The notes: generated by a model from the sequence alone, not told the origin. A DNA stretch of 51,509 bases from Verrucomicrobiota bacterium (GCA_049510745.1 JBEKYR010000040.1:1-51509), one strand, 5' to 3'; positions 37,969-48,224 are shown, counted from the stretch's first letter. Made by a program: numbers and translations.

Positions 37969-38550
37969 ATGATGCAAACACTGCTTGAGAAACGAGGGGG
38001 CAAAGCGAGGCTGCCGTCAAACCAACAAGCCTTGGTGGATGAATTCGCCGGCGTGATCCGTAAACACCGGGATCAAGACCCAACGACTCTCGCGCGGCTG
38101 CTCAACGTCGCTTTCGACCTTTCCCTCGGGGCGAGAGAATCGCTCGAGGCCAAACTGGCACGGGCGGTCGTGCGCGGGCTGGAAGCCCGGCAACAACTGG
38201 CGGAGGCAGAAGGCGGCAGCCTGTCCTCGGAGGAGGCGGCCCGGCTGCTGCAGATTTCCAAGACCGCCGTGTTGAAGCGGCTGGAGGCCGGCCGGCTGCT
38301 GGCGTGGCGGGAGGAACGGCTGCGAGCGGCGCGGTTTCCGTGCTGGCAATTCGATCAGCATGGCCAGGTGCTGGCCGGCCTGGAGGAAGTGCTGGCCATT
38401 CTTAACCAGGACGAACGCCTCGACGCCTGGGGAAAGATACTCTTCTTCTTGCAAGAGAAGAGCAGTCTGGGTGGCCGGCGGAGCCTGGACTTGCTGCGCG
38501 CCGGAAGACTCAAGGAGGTCAGCCGGGCTGCCCACGCGTATGCCGAGTAA
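37969..38550 (+). CDS. Antitoxin partner of the RES toxin (HTH plus Xre/MbcA-like C-terminus)
   Basis: LSSEEAARLLQISKTAV HTH, FPCWQF, LGGRRSLDLLRAG; overlaps the RES start. Confidence 0.8.
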   Translation: MMQTLLEKRGGKARLPSNQQALVDEFAGVIRKHRDQDPTTLARLLNVAFDLSLGARESLEAKLARAVVRGLEARQQLAEAEGGSLSSEEAARLLQISKTAVLKRLEAGRLLAWREERLRAARFPCWQFDQHGQVLAGLEEVLAILNQDERLDAWGKILFFLQEKSSLGGRRSLDLLRAGRLKEVSRAAHAYAE

Positions 38551-39151
38551 TCCCAAGCCGGCGCGCGCCCAATTAAAACCCGGTGCGGATTTCGATCAAC
38601 GGGTGATTCCCGTCACCCGTCAACCGCAGCGCATTTGGTTCCGGGTGCATAGGTCGGGGTCGCCGGCGGTCCTCTTTGGAAAATTCTCGCACCACCGCTT
38701 TTCCCATCCCAACTGTCCCTTCCCGCTGCTTTACGTCGGGGCGACCATCCAGACGTGCCTCTGGGAAGTCTTCGGGGACGACATTTTTCAGGGGCAACGC
38801 GCTCTCTCTTCCGGAAAGTGGGCTGGATGTTGCGTCAGCCAAATCGTCGTCCCGGAACTAAAAGTGTGCGCGGTCAGCCTTGATCGAACCCGGGACGCCA
38901 TGAGTGTGGATAAAGCCAGCCTCTTGGCGGCAGACCTGAGCATTCCGCAGGCCTGGGGCCTGGCGGTGCAAGGACACCCGGCAGGTTTTGAGGCGATCAA
39001 ATATGCGAGCCGGTTCCTGGACCAGCCCTGCCTGGCCCTGTTCGAGCGCGGAGGACTGCAACCCAAACTCCGGGTGAAGGCACTGGGGGCGTTGACTCGC
39101 CTCGACGCGGCCGCGGACTGGCTCGATGAGCGAAGGGCGGCGCTGGTTTGA
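38540..39151 (+). CDS. RES-domain toxin (NAD+ phosphorylase/ART-like)
   Basis: R (WFRVH, HRF), E (LYVG...CLWE), S (IKYASR), CLALFER. Confidence 0.85.
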   Translation: MPSNPKPARAQLKPGADFDQRVIPVTRQPQRIWFRVHRSGSPAVLFGKFSHHRFSHPNCPFPLLYVGATIQTCLWEVFGDDIFQGQRALSSGKWAGCCVSQIVVPELKVCAVSLDRTRDAMSVDKASLLAADLSIPQAWGLAVQGHPAGFEAIKYASRFLDQPCLALFERGGLQPKLRVKALGALTRLDAAADWLDERRAALV

Positions 39152-39162
39152 AGTTGATTGGA

Positions 39163-39220
39163 CGGGCGTTGACATCCCGCGGAGGTGGATTATGCTGGAA
39201 GCGGACTAAATTTGTCCGAT

Positions 39221-39223
<3 letters not shown>
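39163..39223 (+). promoter_or_regulatory. suf operon promoter with palindromic operator (direct repeat 2)
   Basis: TTGACA-16-TATGCT, then CGGAC-TAAATTT-GTCCG, then the sufB ATG. Confidence 0.8.
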
Positions 39224-40666
<1,443 letters not shown>

Positions 40667-40697
40667 GGCCGCCGCCCCGGACAACCAAAAGGAATAC

Positions 40698-41474
40698 GTG
40701 ACAACCCACATGCTTGATATTTGCAATTTATCCGCCGGCGTGGACGGCAAGGAAATCCTCAAGGGACTGAGCCTGTCCATCAAGGCCGGCGAGGTCCACG
40801 CCCTGATGGGGCCGAACGGCAGCGGCAAAAGCACCCTCGCCGGCGTGCTGGCCGGGCGCAGCGACTACCAAGTCACCGGCGGCGGCGTGACCTTCAACGG
40901 CGCCGACCTGCTGGAAATGAAACCCGAGGAGCGCGCGCGGGCGGGGGTCTTTCTGGCCTTCCAATACCCGGTCGAAATCCCCGGCGTCAACAGCACCTAT
41001 TTTCTCAAGGCGGCGCTCAACGAATGCCGCAAGGCGCGCCAGGAGGAGGAATTGGACGCCGTCGAGTTCCTGGCGCTCGTCAAGAACAAGACCAAGTTGC
41101 TCGAGCTGGACCCGGCCCTGCTCAACCGCCCGGTCAACGAGGGCTTTTCCGGCGGCGAAAAGAAACGCAACGAGATTTTCCAGATGGCCGTCCTCGAACC
41201 CAAGCTCGCCATCCTCGATGAAACCGATTCCGGCCTGGACATCGACGCGTTGCGGGTGGTCGCCGGCGGCGTCAACAAATTGCGCCGCCCCGACAACGCC
41301 ACGCTGGTCATCACCCATTATCAGCGGTTGTTGAATTATATCGTGCCGGACTACGTCCACGTGCTGGTCAACGGCCGCATCGTCAAGTCCGGCGGCAAGG
41401 AACTGGCCCTGGAATTGGAGAAACGCGGCTACGATTGGCTTCTCGAAGGCGCGGCCTCGAATGGGAAGGCGTGA
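40698..41474 (+). CDS. sufC: Fe-S cluster assembly ATPase SufC
   Basis: GPNGSGKST, FQYPVEIPG, FSGGEKKRNE, LDETDSGLDID; GTG start after AAGGA. Confidence 0.97.
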   Translation: MTTHMLDICNLSAGVDGKEILKGLSLSIKAGEVHALMGPNGSGKSTLAGVLAGRSDYQVTGGGVTFNGADLLEMKPEERARAGVFLAFQYPVEIPGVNSTYFLKAALNECRKARQEEELDAVEFLALVKNKTKLLELDPALLNRPVNEGFSGGEKKRNEIFQMAVLEPKLAILDETDSGLDIDALRVVAGGVNKLRRPDNATLVITHYQRLLNYIVPDYVHVLVNGRIVKSGGKELALELEKRGYDWLLEGAASNGKA

Positions 41475-42820
41475 TGCAAACATTTAAAGACATGCCGGCC
41501 CAATCGCCCGCCGCCGTTGATGCGCTGGCCGCGGCGCTGGGCGATTTTGCGTCCGTGCAACCGGGCGCCAATCCCCCGTGGCTGAAGTCCATTCGTGAAG
41601 CGGCGCGGACGGGCCTGGGCAGAATTGGCTTTCCCAATACGCGGCAGGAAGAGTGGCGCTTCACCAGCATGGCGCCGCTGTTGCAGTTGCCCTTGCACCC
41701 CGCCGCGCCCAACGGGCGTCACGTCACCGCGCGGGATATTGCGCCGTTTCGGCTGGAAGGGATGGGTCACTGCCTGGTGTTTGTCGATGGCTGGTTTCGC
41801 GAGGATTTGTCCGCGCTGCCGGGCCGGGCCGGCGCGGTGCAAATGGGCGGTTTGCGGGCGCAACTGGCCGGCAACCCGCGCGAATTGGAACAGGACCTGG
41901 CCCGCCACGCCGGTTGCGGCGAGAATTTTTTCACCGCGCTCAACACCGCGTTCTTCCAGGATGGCGCTTTCATTTCGGCGCCGGCCGGCGCGACGGTGGA
42001 GGAGCCGGTGCAATTGCTTTTCCTCGCCGCCTCGGAGCGGCCCGGAGCGACCGTGCATTCGCGCGCGCTGATTCTGGCGGGGAAGGGCAGCGGCCTCAAG
42101 ATCGTCGAATCCTATGCCAGCCTGACTGACACCCCGCACCTGACCAACGCCGTGACGGAGTTGGTGCTCGGGGCGGAGGCGCGGGTGGAACATTGCCGGC
42201 TGCAAAACGAAAACGGGCGGGCGTTTCACGTTTCGACCGTCCAGGCCGTGCAGGGCAGGGGCAGCCATTGGATTTCCCATTCCATTGCCACCGGGGCGCG
42301 CCTCGCCCGCAATCAAGTCCAGACCTTGCTCGACGCCGAAGGCGCGGAAGCCGTCCTCAACGGCCTCTATTTGGGGCGGGACGAGCAGTTGATCGATCAC
42401 CACACGGTGGTGGACCACGCCAAGCCGCATTGCGAAAGCCACGAGTTCTTCCACGGCATCCTGACCGACCGCTCGCACGGCGTCTTCAACGGGAAAATTT
42501 TCGTCCGGCAGGACGCGCAAAAGACCAACGCCAAACAAACCAATCGGAACCTGGTGTTGTCCGACAACGCCACCATCGACACCAAACCGCAGTTGGAGAT
42601 TTTCGCCGACGACGTCAAATGCACGCATGGGGCGACCATCGGGCAATTGAACGACGAGGCGCTGTTTTATCTTCGTTCGCGCGGCATCGGGGCGGCCCAG
42701 GCGCGCCGGATGCTCATCCGGGCGTTCGCCAATGACGTGGTCGAGCGCATTACGATCGCCCCGGCGCGGGAACAATTGGACCAGCTTCTGGCCGGGCGGT
42801 TTGAAAGCGCGGCTATCTGA
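41474..42820 (+). CDS. sufD: Fe-S cluster assembly protein SufD
   Basis: EEWRFT, FNGKIFV, KPQLEIFADDVKCTHGAT, FYLRSRGI. Confidence 0.96.
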   Translation: MQTFKDMPAQSPAAVDALAAALGDFASVQPGANPPWLKSIREAARTGLGRIGFPNTRQEEWRFTSMAPLLQLPLHPAAPNGRHVTARDIAPFRLEGMGHCLVFVDGWFREDLSALPGRAGAVQMGGLRAQLAGNPRELEQDLARHAGCGENFFTALNTAFFQDGAFISAPAGATVEEPVQLLFLAASERPGATVHSRALILAGKGSGLKIVESYASLTDTPHLTNAVTELVLGAEARVEHCRLQNENGRAFHVSTVQAVQGRGSHWISHSIATGARLARNQVQTLLDAEGAEAVLNGLYLGRDEQLIDHHTVVDHAKPHCESHEFFHGILTDRSHGVFNGKIFVRQDAQKTNAKQTNRNLVLSDNATIDTKPQLEIFADDVKCTHGATIGQLNDEALFYLRSRGIGAAQARRMLIRAFANDVVERITIAPAREQLDQLLAGRFESAAI

Positions 42821-42835
42821 CGGAGGCGCCCGCCC

Positions 42836-43288
42836 ATGGCCGACGACTTGAACGAACTTTATCAGCAGGTGATTCTCGATCACTGCCGCAAGCCGCGCAA
42901 TTTTCGCGTTCTTGCGGGGGACCATCGCGCGGCCGAGGGCCGGAACCCGCTCTGCGGCGACCGTTTCACCATTTATCTCCAGCTCGAAGGCGAGGTCATC
43001 CGGGACATCAGCTTCCAGGGGTCGGGCTGCTGCATTTCCAAGGCTTCCGCCTCGATGATGACCGGCCAGCTCAAGGGCAAAACCGCCGCCGAGGCCCGCC
43101 ATTGCTTCAGTCAATTCCAAACCCTGGTCACCACCGGGAAAATGGACGAGGAGGCGATGGGGAAGCTGTGCGCCTTTGCCGGAGTTCACCACTTTCCCAT
43201 GCGCGTCAAATGCGCCATCCTGCCCTGGCACGCCATGCTGGCCGCGCTGAAAGGCGAAACCATCGTGACCACCGAAGAGAAGCCATGA
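42836..43288 (+). CDS. sufU: SUF system NifU-family protein SufU
   Basis: LYQQVILDH, NPLCGD, GSGCCIS, RVKCAILPW. Confidence 0.93.
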   Translation: MADDLNELYQQVILDHCRKPRNFRVLAGDHRAAEGRNPLCGDRFTIYLQLEGEVIRDISFQGSGCCISKASASMMTGQLKGKTAAEARHCFSQFQTLVTTGKMDEEAMGKLCAFAGVHHFPMRVKCAILPWHAMLAALKGETIVTTEEKP

Positions 43289-43833
43289 GCAGCGAGATCA
43301 TATTAAAGCGCGATTGCGAAGCGGTGCTCATTCCCGCCGGAACCAAAATCACGCTCCAAGCCGGCGAGCCGGTGGTCATCACCCAGGCGCTGGGCGGGAG
43401 CTTCACCGTCCTCATTCATGGCAACATGGCCCGCATCGAGGCGCGCGACGCCGATGCCCTGGGCCAGGACCCGCCCGCCGCGCCGCCCGCTGAAAGCGTC
43501 GCGGCGCCGGACACCGCGGTGGTGGGCGAGGAGCAGGTCATGGAACAATTGCGCACCTGCTACGATCCGGAGATCCCGGTCAACATTGTCGATTTGGGCC
43601 TCATTTATGATCTGCAAATCCAGCCGTTGCCCGCCGGCGGCTCGCGCGTCGAAATCAAAATGACCCTGACCGCCCCCGGCTGCGGCATGGGGCCGGTCTT
43701 GCAGCAGGACGTCGAATCGAAAGTTTCCAGCATTCCGGGGGTGAAAGAGGCGGCCGTGTTCCTGGTTTGGGACCCGCCCTGGAGCCGCGAGATGCTGACG
43801 GACGCCGCCCGGCTGGAACTGGGGATGATGTGA
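43285..43833 (+). CDS. sufT: Fe-S cluster assembly protein SufT (DUF59)
   Basis: TQALGGSFT, CYDPEIPVNIVDLGLIY, TLTAPGCGMG, WDPPW. Confidence 0.93.
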   Translation: MSSEIILKRDCEAVLIPAGTKITLQAGEPVVITQALGGSFTVLIHGNMARIEARDADALGQDPPAAPPAESVAAPDTAVVGEEQVMEQLRTCYDPEIPVNIVDLGLIYDLQIQPLPAGGSRVEIKMTLTAPGCGMGPVLQQDVESKVSSIPGVKEAAVFLVWDPPWSREMLTDAARLELGMM

Positions 43834-45065
43834 GCCGCCCACCACCAGATTGGGCGGCGCTGCGGGCGGACTTTCCCATCCTGGAACAACAGGTTCACGG
43901 GTTCCCCCTCGTTTATCTTGACAACGCCGCCACCTCGCAAAAGCCGCGCGCCGTCCTCGAGGCGATGGATCAGTTTTACCGCCGCGACAACAGCAACGTG
44001 CATCGGGGCATCCACGAATTGAGCCGCCGCGCCACCGTGGCCTTCGAGGCCGCCCGCGACCGCGTCGCGCGCTTCCTCAATGCCCGCGAGTCCGCCGAAA
44101 TCATCTTCACCCGCGGAACCACCGAAGCGATCAACCTCGTCGCCTACGCCTGGGGCGCCAAAAACATCAAGGCCGGCGACACGATTTTGCTCACGGAGAT
44201 GGAGCATCACAGCAACATCGTGCCGTGGCAGTTGCTGGCCGGGCGCACGGGCGCCAAGCTGGCCTACGCGCCGATTTCGGGCGACGACGGGCTGCTGGAT
44301 TTGAGCGGGCTGGACCGGTTGTTTGACAACACGGTCAAGCTGTTCGCGTTCACCCATGTTTCCAACACGCTCGGGACGGTCAATCCCGTTGCCGAGTTGT
44401 GCGCCCGCGCCCGCCGACGCGGCATTGTCACGCTGGTCGATGCCGCGCAGAGCGCCGGCCATCGGCCGGTCGATGTCCAGGAGATCGGCTGCGATTTTCT
44501 GGCCTTCTCCGGGCACAAGCTGTGCGGGCCGACCGGCAGCGGCGCGCTTTACGGGCGGCGCGAACTCCTCGAGGACATGCCTCCCTTCCAGGGGGGCGGC
44601 GACATGATTTCGAGCGTCGATTTCTTCCATAGCACATGGAAGGAGCCGCCGCACAAATTCGAGGCGGGCACGCCCGATTTCGCCGCCGCCATCGGCCTGC
44701 GCGCCGCGCTGGATTACGTCGATGCCATCGGTTGCGAGAACATCGCCCGGCATGACGAGGAGTTGGCAGCGCGCGCACTGGAGAAACTTGCGCGCCTGCC
44801 GGGCCTCCGGCTTTTCGGCCCGCGCCAGGGGCACGCCGGCGTGGTCAGTTTTCTTTTGCGGGACATTCATGCCCACGATGTCGTGACGGTGGCCGATCAG
44901 CGCGGCGTCGCCTTGCGCGGGGGCCACCACTGCAACCAGCCGTTGATGAAACGGCTGGGGGTGGAATCGACCGCCCGCGCCAGTTTTTATTTTTACAACA
45001 CCGCCGCGGAAGTGGACCGGCTGGCGGAAGTGCTGGTGGAAATTCAAAAATTCTTTGGCGCATGA
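43830..45065 (+). CDS. sufS: Cysteine desulfurase SufS
   Basis: YLDNAATSQKP, EHHSN, SGHK (PLP Lys), RGGHHC. Confidence 0.96.
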   Translation: MSRPPPDWAALRADFPILEQQVHGFPLVYLDNAATSQKPRAVLEAMDQFYRRDNSNVHRGIHELSRRATVAFEAARDRVARFLNARESAEIIFTRGTTEAINLVAYAWGAKNIKAGDTILLTEMEHHSNIVPWQLLAGRTGAKLAYAPISGDDGLLDLSGLDRLFDNTVKLFAFTHVSNTLGTVNPVAELCARARRRGIVTLVDAAQSAGHRPVDVQEIGCDFLAFSGHKLCGPTGSGALYGRRELLEDMPPFQGGGDMISSVDFFHSTWKEPPHKFEAGTPDFAAAIGLRAALDYVDAIGCENIARHDEELAARALEKLARLPGLRLFGPRQGHAGVVSFLLRDIHAHDVVTVADQRGVALRGGHHCNQPLMKRLGVESTARASFYFYNTAAEVDRLAEVLVEIQKFFGA

Positions 45066-45607
45066 CAAATCTCCTCCAACCGTCGGCCACGATGAAACGC
45101 GTGCTGGAAGTTTTTCCCGGCGCCCAACGCGCGTTGTTTCGCCGCTATCACATTGGCGGCTGCGCCAGTTGCGCCTTTCAGCCGGACGAAACTCTCGAAG
45201 GTCTCTGCGCCCGCAACAATTTGAACGTGGCCGAAGTCCTGCAACACATCGAGACCAGCCATGAGCAGGATCAGGAATTGCTCGTTTCGCCCGCCGCGCT
45301 GGCCCAACTGCGCCAGGCCGGCGGCGTGCGCCTGGTCGATATTCGCAGCCGCGAGGAGTTCGACGCCGCCCGCATCGACGGCGCGGTCCTCTTGTCGCAG
45401 CCCGTCATGCAGGACATTCTGGGCCATTGGCCGCGCGAAGGGCTGATGGTCCTCTACGACCATCGCGGACAGCAGAGCCTCGACGCCGCCGCTTATTTCA
45501 TGGGCCAGGGATTTCGCAACGTCCGCTGTTTGCGCGGCGGCATCGACGCCTGGTCGCGCGAGGTGGACGAAAAAATCCCGCGCTACCGATTGGAGCTTTC
45601 CGCATGA
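45062..45607 (+). CDS. Rhodanese-like protein with N-terminal DUF1858/ScdA-like CxxC domain
   Basis: HIGGCASC...ETLEGLC; VDIRSREEF, LRGGIDAW; Asp at the active-site position (LYDHRG). Confidence 0.85.
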   Translation: MTNLLQPSATMKRVLEVFPGAQRALFRRYHIGGCASCAFQPDETLEGLCARNNLNVAEVLQHIETSHEQDQELLVSPAALAQLRQAGGVRLVDIRSREEFDAARIDGAVLLSQPVMQDILGHWPREGLMVLYDHRGQQSLDAAAYFMGQGFRNVRCLRGGIDAWSREVDEKIPRYRLELSA

Positions 45608-46101
45608 ACCCCGCCGACGATTTTCAAAAACGCCTCGAGCAAGCCCTGCGCGACCCGAAGAACCTGGGCGAACTGGAAGGGGCCGACGCCGTCGGCACCG
45701 CCGGCAGCGCCGCCTGCGGCGACATGATCCGGCTGTGGATCAAATTCAAGGAGCAGGCGGGCAAAAAAGTTGTTGACCGCGCCACCTTTCAAAGTTTCGG
45801 CTGCGAGACGGCGATTGCCGTCGCCAGCCTGGCCACGGAAATGATCCGGGGCAAGACGGCGGAGGAAGTGCTGGCGCTGTCCGCCTCGGAACTGGCGCCC
45901 GGCCTCGGCCCGCTGCCGCCGGTCCGGATTCACTGCACGCAACTGGTTGAAAGCGCCCTCCATTCCGCCTTGCAGCCGTCCGCCGCGCCGTCGGAACCCG
46001 CTCCCGCCGTTACGGCGCCGAGCTTGGTTGATAAATTCACCCAGGCCGGCCAGCCCCCCGGCAAGTTGAAGGTCATCCTGCTGGATGAAAAAGATAATTA
46101 G
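45604..46101 (+). CDS. IscU/NifU-type Fe-S scaffold
   Basis: PKNLG, ACGDMIRL, FGCETAIA, LPPVRIHC. Confidence 0.88.
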   Translation: MNPADDFQKRLEQALRDPKNLGELEGADAVGTAGSAACGDMIRLWIKFKEQAGKKVVDRATFQSFGCETAIAVASLATEMIRGKTAEEVLALSASELAPGLGPLPPVRIHCTQLVESALHSALQPSAAPSEPAPAVTAPSLVDKFTQAGQPPGKLKVILLDEKDN

Positions 46102-46193
46102 CGGTAACCGTGACCTTAAAAGCCCGGCGTTTCAATCGGTATTCCACTTTCGCCGCCGTTGACAGCAATGCCTTGGTGTTTTAAGCTGATTGC

Positions 46194-46415
46194 GTGAATT
46201 CAACAATTGCCGCGCCGGTTGACTGGATAGAAGCCGTTGGAAATCTGCGTTTTCCATCGAAGGCGGACCATCGTCTCCAAGAACTAATGGGCCGCAACAA
46301 CGAAGGGCTTTTGCAGGAATCTGAAAGGGAACAACTGGAGGCGCTGGTTGAATTGAGCGAGCAACTGTCGCTCGTCCGCGGCGAGGCATTGCAGATTCTA
46401 GGCAAGCAGCCGTAA
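46194..46415 (+). CDS. Small antitoxin-like protein of the type found upstream of HNH genes
   Basis: RLQELMGRNNEGLL...ELSEQLSLVRGEA; leaderless TTGACA-17-TAAGCT-6-GTG promoter. Confidence 0.75.
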   Translation: MNSTIAAPVDWIEAVGNLRFPSKADHRLQELMGRNNEGLLQESEREQLEALVELSEQLSLVRGEALQILGKQP

Positions 46416-46586
46416 TGAGCGCCCCGGAAGAACTGTCGCGCACAGTTTCGCTTTAACGGCTATCAAATCGAAGGATTGACCGCCGTGGGCCGCGCAACCG
46501 CAGAAGCTCTAAACTTGAATCACTCTCGCCGTCAGCGCATCCGCGAAGTTGAGGAAGCATTTGGCCTCTATCCGCCAGTTCCTTGA
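46415..46586 (+). pseudogene. HNH endonuclease pseudogene (internal deletion)
   Basis: TAATG-coupled start MSAPEELSRTVSL*, then an out-of-frame C-terminus QFRFNGYQIEGLTAVGRATAEALNLNHSRRQRIR...YPPVP*. Confidence 0.72.
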
Positions 46587-46639
46587 GGGAATATGTTGGC
46601 AAGCCTTGACATAGCCTGCCAACGGATTAACTTCGAGCC

Positions 46640-46909
46640 ATGAAAGCAGTGACCATCAACATTTCATTGAATCCAGAGCTGGCCGAATTCGCACGGGCCG
46701 ACTCGGAGGCGCGGGCGTTTGATTCCATGAGCGAGTATATGCGGGATTTGATCCGCCATCGCCGCCAGGAACAAATCGAGGCGGATGTGGCCTTTTTGGA
46801 AAAAGCCATCGAGGGCGCGCCGCTGGGTGATCCTTCGGATAAGGAAATGGCCGCAATCTACGCCGGCATCAAAGCCCGTCGAAAGAAAAAGCATGAAGGT
46901 CGTCTTTGA
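46640..46909 (+). CDS. Ribbon-helix-helix (ParD/CopG-like) antitoxin
   Basis: TINISLNPEL...FDSMSEYMRDLIR; leaderless TTGACA-16-TAACTT-6-ATG promoter. Confidence 0.85.
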   Translation: MKAVTINISLNPELAEFARADSEARAFDSMSEYMRDLIRHRRQEQIEADVAFLEKAIEGAPLGDPSDKEMAAIYAGIKARRKKKHEGRL

Positions 46910-47300
46910 CGCGGGGGTGGTGTTTTCAGGCGCCGGGTGGCGGGGCGAAGCGCATCGTTGTCTGCTGGCAATGGCTCATCGCCGGGTCATTGCCTATGCC
47001 ACCGAGGAAACCCTCAAGGAATTGAGCACTCTGCTTGCTGATCGCGCGGACAGGGCGAAGCACCCGGCGGCTGCCACATTGTCCTGGTATCAGGACAACG
47101 TGAAGCGCGTTGAGCCCGCGCCGCTGGGCAAACAACGGAGCCGCGATCTGAAAGATGATCCTTATTTGGCCTGCGCGTTGGGAGCCGGAGCGAAGATCAT
47201 TGTCACGCGGGATGGCGATTTGCTGGCGTTGGGAAAGCCCTTTGGAATCCAAATCATTACGCCGCGCGAGTTGCTGGTTCGATTATCAAGGCCGCTTTGA
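46893..47300 (+). CDS. PIN-family toxin
   Basis: MKVVFDAGV, RDLKDDPYLACA, IVTRDGDLL, IITPREL. Confidence 0.9.
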   Translation: MKVVFDAGVVFSGAGWRGEAHRCLLAMAHRRVIAYATEETLKELSTLLADRADRAKHPAAATLSWYQDNVKRVEPAPLGKQRSRDLKDDPYLACALGAGAKIIVTRDGDLLALGKPFGIQIITPRELLVRLSRPL

Positions 47301-47335
47301 AGGCGCGGACGTGTCTGCGCCGTGGAGTTACAACG

Positions 47336-47542
47336 TCATTGCCGTTCGTCAGCTTGATCGAGCTTGTCATCCTGCTCGCGCTCTCGAATCAGATCGCCGA
47401 TAGGGTCGGCTTCCGGCTTAAGCCAACGTCTGCCCGCGCCCATGAGTTGGCGGGCCAGTTCGCCCCTGCTGGACAACGGCTTGACGAGGATCGCTCCCTC
47501 GCGCGTCTTCGCCCAGTCCAACCGCGTTCCGGAGTGAATTCC
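47336..47542 (-). pseudogene. 5'-truncated AbrB/MazE-type antitoxin
   Basis: GIHSGTRLDWAKTREGAILVKPL...DLIRER; the N-terminus is missing and the frame starts at the stop of the DUF5615 gene. Confidence 0.6.
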
Positions 47543-47907
47543 TATTCGTCTTTCGTCTGAATCCAGCGCACGCGGCTCAACGACACAATCACCAGCTTGT
47601 TGCGGAAATCTGCTTGTGAATGATTCGCCAACAACGGAAGCAACAACCTGGCAACGTTTGCCGTCGAAGTTGGGTGGGCTTCCACCCGAATGACGCCGTA
47701 ATGTTCAGACAACGGCAGGACCACCCAATCACCAAAGTGACGATCAATCGTGACGAGCGTTCGTCCCTCCTGAACAGCCCGTTGCAGAATCAATGCATCA
47801 TCAGCCCGTGCCTGGCCAGTTTCCTCCGCGCGAGCGACCTCATGCCCAGCATCGCGCAAAAGCAAGGCCAGTTCGACCCGAAGCATCTGATCCAGGTAAA
47901 GGCGCAC
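47542..47907 (-). CDS. DUF5615 PIN-like toxin
   Basis: MRLYLDQML, ADDALIL, RTLVTIDRHFG, GVIRV. Confidence 0.88.
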   Translation of the reverse strand: MRLYLDQMLRVELALLLRDAGHEVARAEETGQARADDALILQRAVQEGRTLVTIDRHFGDWVVLPLSEHYGVIRVEAHPTSTANVARLLLPLLANHSQADFRNKLVIVSLSRVRWIQTKDE

Positions 47908-47913
47908 AGCGGC

Positions 47914-48141
47914 TTACGCGACACCCAGGGCGGTGATCTCCGTGTGCAGAATGGAATGCCGGGCGTACTCCAAGGCAGCCTGAATATCATCCCGCGTCAA
48001 TTCCGGGTAGCCACGCAGCAAGGAATCCCAAGATTCATCGTCGGCCAGTTGTTCCAGAATTGTGGCCACAGGAATCCGTGTGCCCTTGATGACCGGCTGG
48101 CCGCCACACACACGCGGATTGATTTCAATGCGCTCGCTCAT
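47914..48141 (-). CDS. DUF433 antitoxin
   Basis: IEINPRVCGGQPVIKGTRIPV...YPELTRDDIQAALEYA; leaderless TTGCAG-17-TATGGT-6-ATG promoter. Confidence 0.92.
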   Translation of the reverse strand: MSERIEINPRVCGGQPVIKGTRIPVATILEQLADDESWDSLLRGYPELTRDDIQAALEYARHSILHTEITALGVA

Positions 48142-48224
48142 GTCTGAACCATACCCGCACCGCACGAAGACTGCAAGCGCCCGATATTTCATCTTCCTCA
48201 CCGGCTTTGCTGGTTTGGACCGTC

